NCBI GenBank assembly: GCA_017621795.1
Contig: JAGASJ010000004.1
Coordinates: 14,988 to 78,987 of the forward strand
DNA: 64,000 bases
From: Oscillospiraceae bacterium
GTDB taxonomy: Bacteria > Bacillota > Clostridia > Oscillospirales > Oscillospiraceae
Direction: 5' to 3'
Part shown: positions 22,501-29,271 of the stretch, one piece after another
How the letters are laid out: every line of letters starts with the position of its first letter
How positions within the stretch are numbered: position 1 is the first letter of the stretch
Translations under genes and position numbers: made by a program
Notes under the pieces: model-generated
Databases searched by the model: none
Told to the model about the DNA's origin: nothing
What the model saw: the letters and a program-made list of their open reading frames with translations, nothing else

Positions 22501-22738
22501 AATCTCCGGGCACCGTCAATTCCGTGCCGCTGGCTGTGGCTTCCCCGTTGACGGTAATGCTGCTGCCGCTGAGGAAATAAGCGCCATCGGCAAGGTTATA
22601 ATAATAGGTTTCCCCTTCCGTGGGTGTAACAGTTTCTGCTGCTTTCGCTTCGAGAGCTATGCCCGGGAAGCCGACCAACACAGCCTGTGCCAGCAGTGCC
22701 ACTGTACACAGCCATGCAGTCAATCTTTTACCCTTCAT
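16562..22738 (-). CDS. 2058-aa secreted multimodular protein: signal peptide, dockerin-like motif, putative GH domain, 8 CBM-like modules, helical spacers
   Basis: Signal peptide; GDMHPDGVYDVKDLVAMKKY; FAGISLMDEP/LSFDYYVF/ALAYGAQGITYY; eight FY(I/V/M)(Y/F)NP modules; RBS AAGGAGG. Confidence 0.85.
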   Translation of the reverse strand: MKGKRLTAWLCTVALLAQAVLVGFPGIALEAKAAETVTPTEGETYYYNLADGAYFLSGSSITVNGEATASGTELTVPGDYTIVKTYTDRVGNEGTITQSVSLYKQGDMHPDGVYDVKDLVAMKKYTQGIGISKAGQMAASAFTNNADAELMREILLGMKTPEEAFPKTGNAITHQAGTDSVMPIGGFLGPGYLNTSVVDLPAGAISDFRTDAIYALVADAGINLITATTNTMADGESVEAVQQKELALAEKYGISMYVQPSYAVNVGTNPAYFEQYLRELSNYDSFAGISLMDEPWTEYYLPANGTFTADRSYSQMSALAQMTNEYTNLVGYTNLLPYWESMGTEAEYLQYLEEYFTCYGNPKQLSFDYYVFSDKDTQRNAQEYFTGLKLIKQKAQEHDVPFWAVVQAGNYVSGNIVRDTKDTAYMTDGMTRWTVHTALAYGAQGITYYPLVQPYSYSLQKNWIGTTKSTYNYDRNGIIGADGTTTPYYEYIKNVNRQITAVDEVLMNAADCGVVVTEASTAASDTGITNYGYGALTHLTSTGSAGAMAGCFNYFGRNAYYAVNYDYNNPQDITLYFNGDYSLSVTINGATQIVNTANGQYTLSLRAGDGALVLVNGNAGEAAAAQAFLNALADIPENAEMPKYYAAVAKAQAAYDSLDKIGKMNVSEDQKNKLMDLVELASSYSPIYQLAGTQQEDARYGSITVLDASEGITDTLHKSDIPAQFSDVVFYVYNPTADAVSATYNGVNVSLAAESWTMVTVPVSAYGTGDNTLTFASAVSGQWKVTCYYGKNDADLLSRVEEAIDALPDAAGITLNHEEQVQQVRAMYEALSSDLQSAVTNTAKLVACENKIAALKLELSGKLPLVIPNTAYGVAENVTAERNVYDEQYENVMSLADAEYFAIPASALTAEYQASRSAVLYVYNPTQENAYIGVQLGDDGWIHRDRLTLYPQTWTAVELFDRGQTYTYESTSFVDNYLTAGQTVYFYAIDGAGAGSVFAGDGWLVSGVYGMNQYRAGDQVVFDVVAADGLGGTKVGYEIVDTEQFGEVFAFESTEYFTLADTQKSAQFKSCNDVVFYIYNPTDTDVTGYVTLTWEYNVYFVLKANAWNRIVLANYAAAENTKFVASDTTIAFTFSLPKSEQGKWMMTSFYGTPNLSDDGSAAIVEGLIDSLPNGEEVTFKHFVAVDEAKQAYDALGVQQNYVDADKKAKLDACVAAMDGYTVIYNSKTDNALMFAHTGDQPCTGTVTAAVDDAYGDVFRLEITEKAASGGYGAGFMIGENGSLTGVKKLRFYMYNPMGQNINVEFYGDNWNKVFGTITLTPGWNEINLDCNSELSNSIAARIPFSQNSVGVWMVSGFVSVSDAVTQEENVKAVEALISALPAAQDVTMDHKTAVTDAQAAYEALSTEAKELVSAECKDKLFACMEKIAAWDKLAEKAVVDTAYQVLGTDGVLTVGVNHETFGKVMTVSGGSYLALTNNVKSEKAAFRQSKNIGFYIYNPTSADVDGYYTMDWIYNAHFLLKAKSWNYIEFADFGTAAGKQFITSTSTVYFYANMTGEGWLISSFYSEGTDVEGFATVVDASYQVLGVDGTLTANNDDATFGKVMRVSGSTYLALTSNVKNENPAFKQSKDMVFYIFNPTDGDVELNYTMDWGYYAYALLKANSWNRIHLSDLGAAAGRQFITGNDTVYFYANMNGEGWLVSGFYALPEIATEQDPEAEAVAAVNAQIAALPQATELKTADSAAVWAAYEAYNALPEENKAQVEDAEKLTSCVEKVAFWDELAGKTVVDAAYQVLGVDGTLTTGVDNNTFGKVMTVSGGSYLALTSNVKNENPAFKQSKNIGFYIYNPTDADVDGYYTMDWIYNAHFLLKAKSWNYIEFADFGTAAGKQFITGNDTIYFYVAFSGEGWLISSFYSEGSDVEGFATVVDASYQVLGVDGTLTTNNDDATFGKVMRVSGSTYLALTPNVKTENPAFKQSKDMVFYIYNPTDGDVELNYTMDWGYYAYALLKANSWNRIHLSDLGAAAGRQFITSNDTVYFYANMSGEGWLVSGFYALPEMG
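16570..18440. repeat. Two ~0.83-kb intragenic direct repeats (module pair A-B), 1044 bp apart
   Basis: e.g. GCGTAGAAGCCGGAAAC at 16581 and 17625; near-identical translated module pairs. Confidence 0.9.
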
Positions 22739-22822
22739 AATTTCCTCCTTTTCGGGAATCGGCAGGTATGATCCATTCCGTTTCCCAAATCGTATTTATG
22801 TTTTACTGAATTTCGCCTGGAT

Positions 22823-23071
22823 TCAGAAGAAGTCGCCAAAGGCATCGTCGGACTCTGTTCCTTCGCCGCCAATGTCGATGATGTTGCCGTCTTTTTCTGC
22901 ATCGTTCTCGTCACGGATGTTTAAATCATCCCCTGTGTTCTCCTCTACAGGTATGGGATCGCCTAAGCCCTCTGTGGCTTTCGGGGACTGATCGCGACAC
23001 GCCGCCATACAGAGCACCAGCAGTGCGACGATCCATAGCATCAGGAATTTCTTGCTTTGCCGTAATTTCAT
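22823..23071 (-). CDS. Small acidic lipoprotein (82 aa)
   Basis: Basic N-terminus, hydrophobic stretch, lipobox MAAC; D/E-rich mature part; RBS AGGGAG. Confidence 0.7.
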   Translation of the reverse strand: MKLRQSKKFLMLWIVALLVLCMAACRDQSPKATEGLGDPIPVEENTGDDLNIRDENDAEKDGNIIDIGGEGTESDDAFGDFF

Positions 23072-23107
23072 ATTTTTCTCCCTAAATAAAACAGTTTTTA
23101 CACCATT

Positions 23108-24217
23108 TTAATGGATAACATCCTCAATAACCACCTGTACGGTTTTCTCATCCACATCGCAAAATTCTTCTTTTTCTACCGTAAAGACCGAGCTTCCGGC
23201 AACGGGACTTCCGACCTTCTTAAATCGCAGGTTAATATAAATATCCCGGGGATTTTCGGAATTTTCGAGGATATTCTCCACATTTCCTACGCATTTGACG
23301 GTTCCGTTTTCTTCCTTGACCTTCATCTCCTCAAACACACGGCCGCAATCGGCAGAAACAAAGCTGTAGTCATTTTGGTTATAGGTCACATTCAGCCTGC
23401 CGGCCGCAATATCCTGCGCATCCTTGATATTGACAGAAACGTTCACGATTTGGTTCTTACCGTCGGATACACGATCGTACTCACCCAGGCCTTCCACATA
23501 AGTGCCGTCTGCCGTGACCCAGTAGGGCTTAATGACAAAAATACAGCTGTCGTACACGGAAGCGGGAATGCCTGCAATTCTCACTGTGGTAAAGTAGAAG
23601 CCCTTGGCGTCCTGTCCGAAAATATCCTCCGGAGTCTTCACCGTCTTTTCACTGCCGTTATAAACATACAATCCGGTGTATCGGTCCAGGGTCTCAGAGG
23701 GGTTTGCGCCTATAGTGCTATACCGGCACATCGTTGTCTCCTCGTAGGTCATGGTTTCGGCATTCAGCATCCGCTTATACAGGTTAAAGCCAAAGGCCTG
23801 ATAGGTGCCGTCATCCACCACGGACACGATCCGCAGGTCGGTTTTTTCCACACCTTCATCGTAGGTATTGGACTTGACCTGGCAGGCTGCCGTTGCCAAA
23901 TGTGCGGGAATGAATTTTGCGGTGACGGTAACGCCGTCCTCGCTCAGAACGGGATCGGTGGCGCTCTTAATGGCAACACCGGTGCCGTCTGCTTTCTTTG
24001 CCACCCACCCCGCGAACAGATAGCCTTCCTTCTGCGGAGCTGTTTTGGCATTGATATGCTGGATGCAAAGCTCCACCGATGCCGTCACATACACGCGGGA
24101 ATCTGTTGTGCTCTGGTCTGCTGCCATAACACTGCCTCCGGAAACCAACAGGCATGACAGAAGCATAACCGTGCATAGCACTGCCGCCAGGAATCTGATT
24201 TTTGCTTGTTCCTTCAT
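23108..24217 (-). CDS. Secreted protein with InlB B-repeat-like segment and C-terminal cohesin-like domain
   Basis: Signal peptide; APQKEGYLFAGW; C-terminal VNVSVNIKDAQDIAAGRLNVTYNQNDYSFVS...GTVKCVG...INLRFK...FCDVDEKTV pattern. Confidence 0.7.
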   Translation of the reverse strand: MKEQAKIRFLAAVLCTVMLLSCLLVSGGSVMAADQSTTDSRVYVTASVELCIQHINAKTAPQKEGYLFAGWVAKKADGTGVAIKSATDPVLSEDGVTVTAKFIPAHLATAACQVKSNTYDEGVEKTDLRIVSVVDDGTYQAFGFNLYKRMLNAETMTYEETTMCRYSTIGANPSETLDRYTGLYVYNGSEKTVKTPEDIFGQDAKGFYFTTVRIAGIPASVYDSCIFVIKPYWVTADGTYVEGLGEYDRVSDGKNQIVNVSVNIKDAQDIAAGRLNVTYNQNDYSFVSADCGRVFEEMKVKEENGTVKCVGNVENILENSENPRDIYINLRFKKVGSPVAGSSVFTVEKEEFCDVDEKTVQVVIEDVIH

Positions 24218-24340
24218 GATTGACTGTGCCTCCTTTATTGATATGAAATATGTTTCTCGGGTTCATTCGCAAATCCGATATGCACACTTTAAACGGTCGG
24301 CTTTTCCGGGCACCGTTCACCCTTGAACGGTGCCGGAACC

Positions 24341-27300
24341 TTACATTCCGTAGAAGCCGGAAACCAGCCAGTCTTCGCCGCTCATATTGGCGTAGAAGTA
24401 GACCGTATTATTGCTGGTGATAAACTGCTTGTTGGCCGCAGTGCCCAGGTCAGACAGATGGATGCGATTCCAGGAGTTTGCCTTCAGCTGGGCGTGGGCG
24501 TTATAACCCCAGTCCATGGTGTAATACAGATCCACATCGGTAGATTGGGGATTATAGATAAAGAACACGATATCCTTGCTTTCCTTGAACGCGGGATTTT
24601 CGGTCTTTACATTGGGTGTCAGCGCCAAATAGGTACTGTTTGTGACCCGCATCGCCTTGCCGAAGGTGCTATCGTCCGCACCGGCAGTCAAGGTGCCATC
24701 CACGCCCAACACCTGATAAGAGGCATCCACCACTGTGGAAAGACCTGCTACATCAGTGCCCTTCCCGTAGAAGCTGGATACCAGCCAGCCCTCACCGGGC
24801 ATATTGGCGTAGAAGTAGACCGTATTGGTGCTGGTGATAAACTGCTTGTTGGCAGCCATACCAAAGTCCGCAAATTCAATATAGCTCCACGATTTGGCCT
24901 TCAGCAGGAAATGGGCATTGAAGCCCCAGTCCATGGTGTAATAGCCGTCCACATCCGCAGATGTGGGATTATAGATGTAGAAGCCGATATTTTTGCTCTC
25001 ACGGAATGCGGCGTTTTCGTTCTTGACGTTGCTTGTCAGCGCCAAATAGGTGCTGTTAGAAACCCGCATCACCTTGCCGAAGGTGCTGTCGTCCACGCCG
25101 GGAGTCAAGACACCGTCCACGCCCAACACCTGATAAGAAGCATCCACAACGATATTGTCTTCCGGCTTACTCAAGCTGCTCAGCTTTTCCACACAGGCGG
25201 TGAGCTTGTCCCGATTGGTGACCTGCGCCTGCTTCTCCGCGCTGAGGGCATCGTAGGCTTTCTTTGCTTCCTCCACCGCTTTTCTGTGGGCCGCGGTGAG
25301 CATCTCCGCCTCCGGCAAAGCCTGGATCATATCTATGACGTTCTGCACCGCTGCAGCGCCGGCATCTGTCTTTTCAGCAGAGAACAGGCTGGATACCTTG
25401 TAGCCCTCGCAGAAGGTGGCATACATATAGATATCTCTTCTTTGGGTCATAAACGGATAGCCGTTGGTATCCTCGATCAGCACACGGGTCCAGCTCTTTG
25501 CCTTCAGCGTCACCTTTACATTGGTCACCCAGTCCGCGGTGTAATAGAAACTGGTCACATCGCTGTCTGTGGGGTTGTAAATGTAAAGCTCCGCGGCTTC
25601 TCCCGTCAGCCAGCCGCCCATTATTTTGATAAATGTGCCATTCGTGACCGTCCATACCTTCCCGAAGGTATTGTCGTCCACGTTAAAGGCCACCGTTCCG
25701 TCGCTTACCAAAGGCGGTGATGCAACGGCGGCACTGACTAAGGTCTTTTCGTCCCACGCCTTCCACTGCCGGATCTTGGAAACGCAGGCACTCAGCTTCT
25801 CCGCATGGATGACCAGCGCCTGATCTTCCGCGCTCAGTTCATCATAGATCTTCTTTGCTTCCTCCACTGCTCCTTTGTCGGCAACCGTCAGTGCGTCTGC
25901 CTCCGGCAGAGCCTCGATCAGGGCGTTGACTGTGTCCAAATTGCCTGCTGTGATCAGCTCCGCGATCTTTGCCAGGCAGTCTGCAAGCTTGTCCTTCGCC
26001 GCCTGAGAAACCAGCTGCTTTGCATCATCCGACAAAGCCTCATAAGCAGTCTTGGCCCCATCCACGGATGCCTTATCCGCCAGTGTCAGGGCAGCTGCGT
26101 CCGGCAATGCCAAAATGGCATTTTCCGCATCGGCGGCCGCTTGTCCGTAAATAACCGCATCGGAAACGGCGTAGGTACAGGTGATCTTCCACTGCCCCAC
26201 CGCTTCGGTGCTTGCGGGGAAGACGCCGAAGATAAACTGCTTGATCTCAATGGTATCCGGCAGTTCGATCAAATTCCAGCCGGGATTTAATGTTCTTGCG
26301 CCCAAATCCTTCCAGGACGGGTCTGCGTACAAGAACATCGTCTGAGCAGAAGCCTGGGGATTATAGATGTAGAAGAATCGGTGCTTGTAGCCCGAAAGGT
26401 CCTTGTTGACCTGGAAGCCGCCGGCATAATCGCCGCTTCCGGCTTCCGTAATATTCAGACCGAATACCGGACCGTAAGTTTCATCCTCTATGTGATCCAA
26501 AGTGCCCTGACAGGGGGCATCCACTGTGCCCACACGCATTTCATCTGTCAGTGCGTTGATGGCAACCAAGTAGCCATCCACCGCTTGCAGACAAGCCTGC
26601 AGATTGGCCGTCTGCTCCTGGGACAGTGTTTCCTTCGCGCTGTCGGACAGGGCATTGTAGCTGTCGCTTGCCGCATAGATGATCGAAAGATCACGCAGGT
26701 CCTCCGGCATTTTGATAGACGATGCATCCGGCAGAGCATTTAGAAGCGTCGATGCTTCAGCGGCTTCTTCCCTGCTGATCAGCTCGTCGCTCTTTGCATA
26801 GATGCCGGAAATCTTCCACTGACCGGTCACTTCCGCATTCTTGGGGAACAGGCCAAACACATAGCGGTCGATCTTTGCGTCCTTGGGTAGTTCAATTCGA
26901 TTCCAGCCCGGAGCCAGTACCCGATCACCCAGATTGTCCCAGGAGGGATCGGCGTACAGGTACATCGTTTGGGCTGTGGTTTTGGGATTAAAGATGTAGA
27001 AGAACAGGTTGCGATCCGCTGAGATATCCTTATTGATCTGGAAGCCTGCAGCATAATCGCCTGTTCCGATCCCGGTAATATTCAGCTCGTAAACCCAGCC
27101 GAAATCACCGTCCTTCAGGGTCTTCACTGTGCCGGAACAGATGCAGTCCGGCGTGCCGACGGTCATTTCATCGGTCTTGGGATTGATGGCTGCCTTGTAG
27201 CCGTCAATGGCCTTCATGCAGGCATCCAGCTTGTTTTTCAGTGCAGAGGGAACGCCGGATTTTGCCCCCGGCTCCAATGCCTGATAAGAATCATAGGCCT

Positions 27301-29254
27301 GCCAAATATCCGCCACATATCGGAAGTCCTCCGGCAGCTTGATGCTGCTACCATCGGGCAGTGCCTGAATCAGTGCAGAGGTTTGAGATGCCGCTTTCCG
27401 ATTTACAAGCGCATCCGATACGGAATACAAACCGGAAACCTTCCACTGGCCGACCACATCGGCGTTTTTGGAGAACAGGCCAAAGGCAAAGTGACTGACC
27501 TCCACATCCGTGGGGAACTGAATCTTATTCCAGCCCGGGTTCAAGCTTCGCATTTCCAGGTTCTTCCAGTTTCCGTCCGCATACAGCTCCATATTCTGGG
27601 CTGTAGACTGCGGATTATAGATATAGAAGAACATATTTTTGTTTTCGCCAAATTCCTTGACAAAGCGGAAGCCTGCGGCATAGTCGCCGGGTGCTTTTTC
27701 GGTGAAATCCAGCACCCAGGCAGGACCGTACATTTCATCCCAGATCGCCTCGATGGTGCCGATAGCCGCACAGTCCGGTGTGCCGAACTCCAGGTCCTCC
27801 TGGGTTGCATCTACCACTGTTTCATACCCTGCGATGGTCTCATAGCACTTCAGCAGGTTTTCAACCGGCTCTGCAGGCAGAGTCGCTCTTTCCGATTCTG
27901 CCGTCTTGTCGTAAAGCTCCATGGTTTTTTCGATCAGGCTCAGGTACTTGATATCCCGATCCATAGAGAAGCTTCCCGCATCCGGCAGTTTTTTCAGTTC
28001 CGCCAGTAGATCTCTGCGGTAGCCCCGCATTGCGCCAAAATACACCGTGCCCCTGGACTGTATGCGCACACCTTGGGCATCAATGGTATCCACAATGATA
28101 TTGCCTTCGTTGAAAAGCTCCGCACCCACGACCTTCAGCGTGCCCCAGGTTTGAGGCTCTATCACAACACGCTGATTCCAGTTGAAATAGACCACCTTGC
28201 GGAGGACGTCATCGTTATAGATGGGGATCTCCAAATAGTCATAGCGTTTGGCATCCAAAGGGGACTGATAAGGGAAATAGCTCTCCTTGGTGGAGCCGTC
28301 GAAGGTGATCTTGATGCTGCCTTCATCGTTTCCGTATTTCACATCGGTCTGGTACAGCAGCGCATAATTGGCGCTGTTAAGCTGTCCGACACCGTAAAAT
28401 TCGTCAAATGCCAGGAATTTACACTGTAGATCATCCCGCGTACCTGAAACCTTCAGCTCCGCAAACTTTTCCAGTGCATTTTTCAGCAAATCGTAGTTGG
28501 GAACAATGTTTCGGTACAGCTCAGGAAGCCCCGCATACTCCATATATAGCTGCTTCAGCTGGGCTTCGTCCTCTAATGTAGACTCCTGCGTCAGACCGTT
28601 GATTCTGTCAATAATGCTCAGAAGTGTCGGCTCCCAGCGATCATCCTCCTGGGTATTCTCTGCGCCCATCGTCACAGACCAGTCATCGAAATAGAATACA
28701 GACTGCTCCTCCGCCTCCACACGGAATAAAAAGCCTGTAATCTGATCGGCGTTGAACGCGCAAGCCAGGGAGCTGAGCCGAAATTCCAGTTCATTCCACT
28801 GCCCCGGCTCTAAGGTATACTCCTGTGTCAGCAGCGGTTTATTGCCCTTCACAACAACGGATACCACGCATTTTGCAGGGTTTTCATTGTCGTTGTAGAC
28901 GGAAAGATTCATCTTGTTCAGGTTGGCGATATCCAGCTCCGGGTAATTGGCGTGCCGGATATGCAAAACCAATTCCGGCCAGTTCCCTTGCTCAAAAACG
29001 TAGCGCATACTTCCTTCGCCGGATTTTACCTGACCCTGCGTCCCATCCACAATATCCATCGTCGCATTCATATATCGGATGGAGGGACGGACAGAGAACA
29101 TCTCCCGCACAGACTCGAAGCCGTTGAGCACATATACTGTGCCCTTTTCGTCCTTCTGAACGGCGTCGGGCTTTTGCTCTTTTTTACAGGAGGTGGCAAA
29201 GCACAGCATCAGGACCAACAAACAGACCGTTATGAATCTGCCAATATGTTTCAT
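24341..29254 (-). CDS. 1637-aa surface lipoprotein of tandem CBM-like modules and helical spacers, no obvious catalytic domain
   Basis: Lipobox ATSC; eight YN(P/D) modules; last two near-identical to modules in the 2058-aa protein. Confidence 0.85.
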   Translation of the reverse strand: MKHIGRFITVCLLVLMLCFATSCKKEQKPDAVQKDEKGTVYVLNGFESVREMFSVRPSIRYMNATMDIVDGTQGQVKSGEGSMRYVFEQGNWPELVLHIRHANYPELDIANLNKMNLSVYNDNENPAKCVVSVVVKGNKPLLTQEYTLEPGQWNELEFRLSSLACAFNADQITGFLFRVEAEEQSVFYFDDWSVTMGAENTQEDDRWEPTLLSIIDRINGLTQESTLEDEAQLKQLYMEYAGLPELYRNIVPNYDLLKNALEKFAELKVSGTRDDLQCKFLAFDEFYGVGQLNSANYALLYQTDVKYGNDEGSIKITFDGSTKESYFPYQSPLDAKRYDYLEIPIYNDDVLRKVVYFNWNQRVVIEPQTWGTLKVVGAELFNEGNIIVDTIDAQGVRIQSRGTVYFGAMRGYRRDLLAELKKLPDAGSFSMDRDIKYLSLIEKTMELYDKTAESERATLPAEPVENLLKCYETIAGYETVVDATQEDLEFGTPDCAAIGTIEAIWDEMYGPAWVLDFTEKAPGDYAAGFRFVKEFGENKNMFFYIYNPQSTAQNMELYADGNWKNLEMRSLNPGWNKIQFPTDVEVSHFAFGLFSKNADVVGQWKVSGLYSVSDALVNRKAASQTSALIQALPDGSSIKLPEDFRYVADIWQAYDSYQALEPGAKSGVPSALKNKLDACMKAIDGYKAAINPKTDEMTVGTPDCICSGTVKTLKDGDFGWVYELNITGIGTGDYAAGFQINKDISADRNLFFYIFNPKTTAQTMYLYADPSWDNLGDRVLAPGWNRIELPKDAKIDRYVFGLFPKNAEVTGQWKISGIYAKSDELISREEAAEASTLLNALPDASSIKMPEDLRDLSIIYAASDSYNALSDSAKETLSQEQTANLQACLQAVDGYLVAINALTDEMRVGTVDAPCQGTLDHIEDETYGPVFGLNITEAGSGDYAGGFQVNKDLSGYKHRFFYIYNPQASAQTMFLYADPSWKDLGARTLNPGWNLIELPDTIEIKQFIFGVFPASTEAVGQWKITCTYAVSDAVIYGQAAADAENAILALPDAAALTLADKASVDGAKTAYEALSDDAKQLVSQAAKDKLADCLAKIAELITAGNLDTVNALIEALPEADALTVADKGAVEEAKKIYDELSAEDQALVIHAEKLSACVSKIRQWKAWDEKTLVSAAVASPPLVSDGTVAFNVDDNTFGKVWTVTNGTFIKIMGGWLTGEAAELYIYNPTDSDVTSFYYTADWVTNVKVTLKAKSWTRVLIEDTNGYPFMTQRRDIYMYATFCEGYKVSSLFSAEKTDAGAAAVQNVIDMIQALPEAEMLTAAHRKAVEEAKKAYDALSAEKQAQVTNRDKLTACVEKLSSLSKPEDNIVVDASYQVLGVDGVLTPGVDDSTFGKVMRVSNSTYLALTSNVKNENAAFRESKNIGFYIYNPTSADVDGYYTMDWGFNAHFLLKAKSWSYIEFADFGMAANKQFITSTNTVYFYANMPGEGWLVSSFYGKGTDVAGLSTVVDASYQVLGVDGTLTAGADDSTFGKAMRVTNSTYLALTPNVKTENPAFKESKDIVFFIYNPQSTDVDLYYTMDWGYNAHAQLKANSWNRIHLSDLGTAANKQFITSNNTVYFYANMSGEDWLVSGFYGM
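24349..25150. repeat. Third copy of the A-B module-pair repeat
   Basis: CGTAGAAGCCGGAAACCAGCCAG at 24349 matches 17626; the same peptide blocks recur in translation. Confidence 0.88.
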
Positions 29255-29271
29255 ATTGTGCTCCCCCTCCC

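Noticed and set aside
16570-25150. Diversity-generating retroelement TR/VR pairs
   Set aside because: No reverse transcriptase in the window; all copies are in-frame coding modules of ~0.8 kb, and the differences are not visibly adenine-restricted
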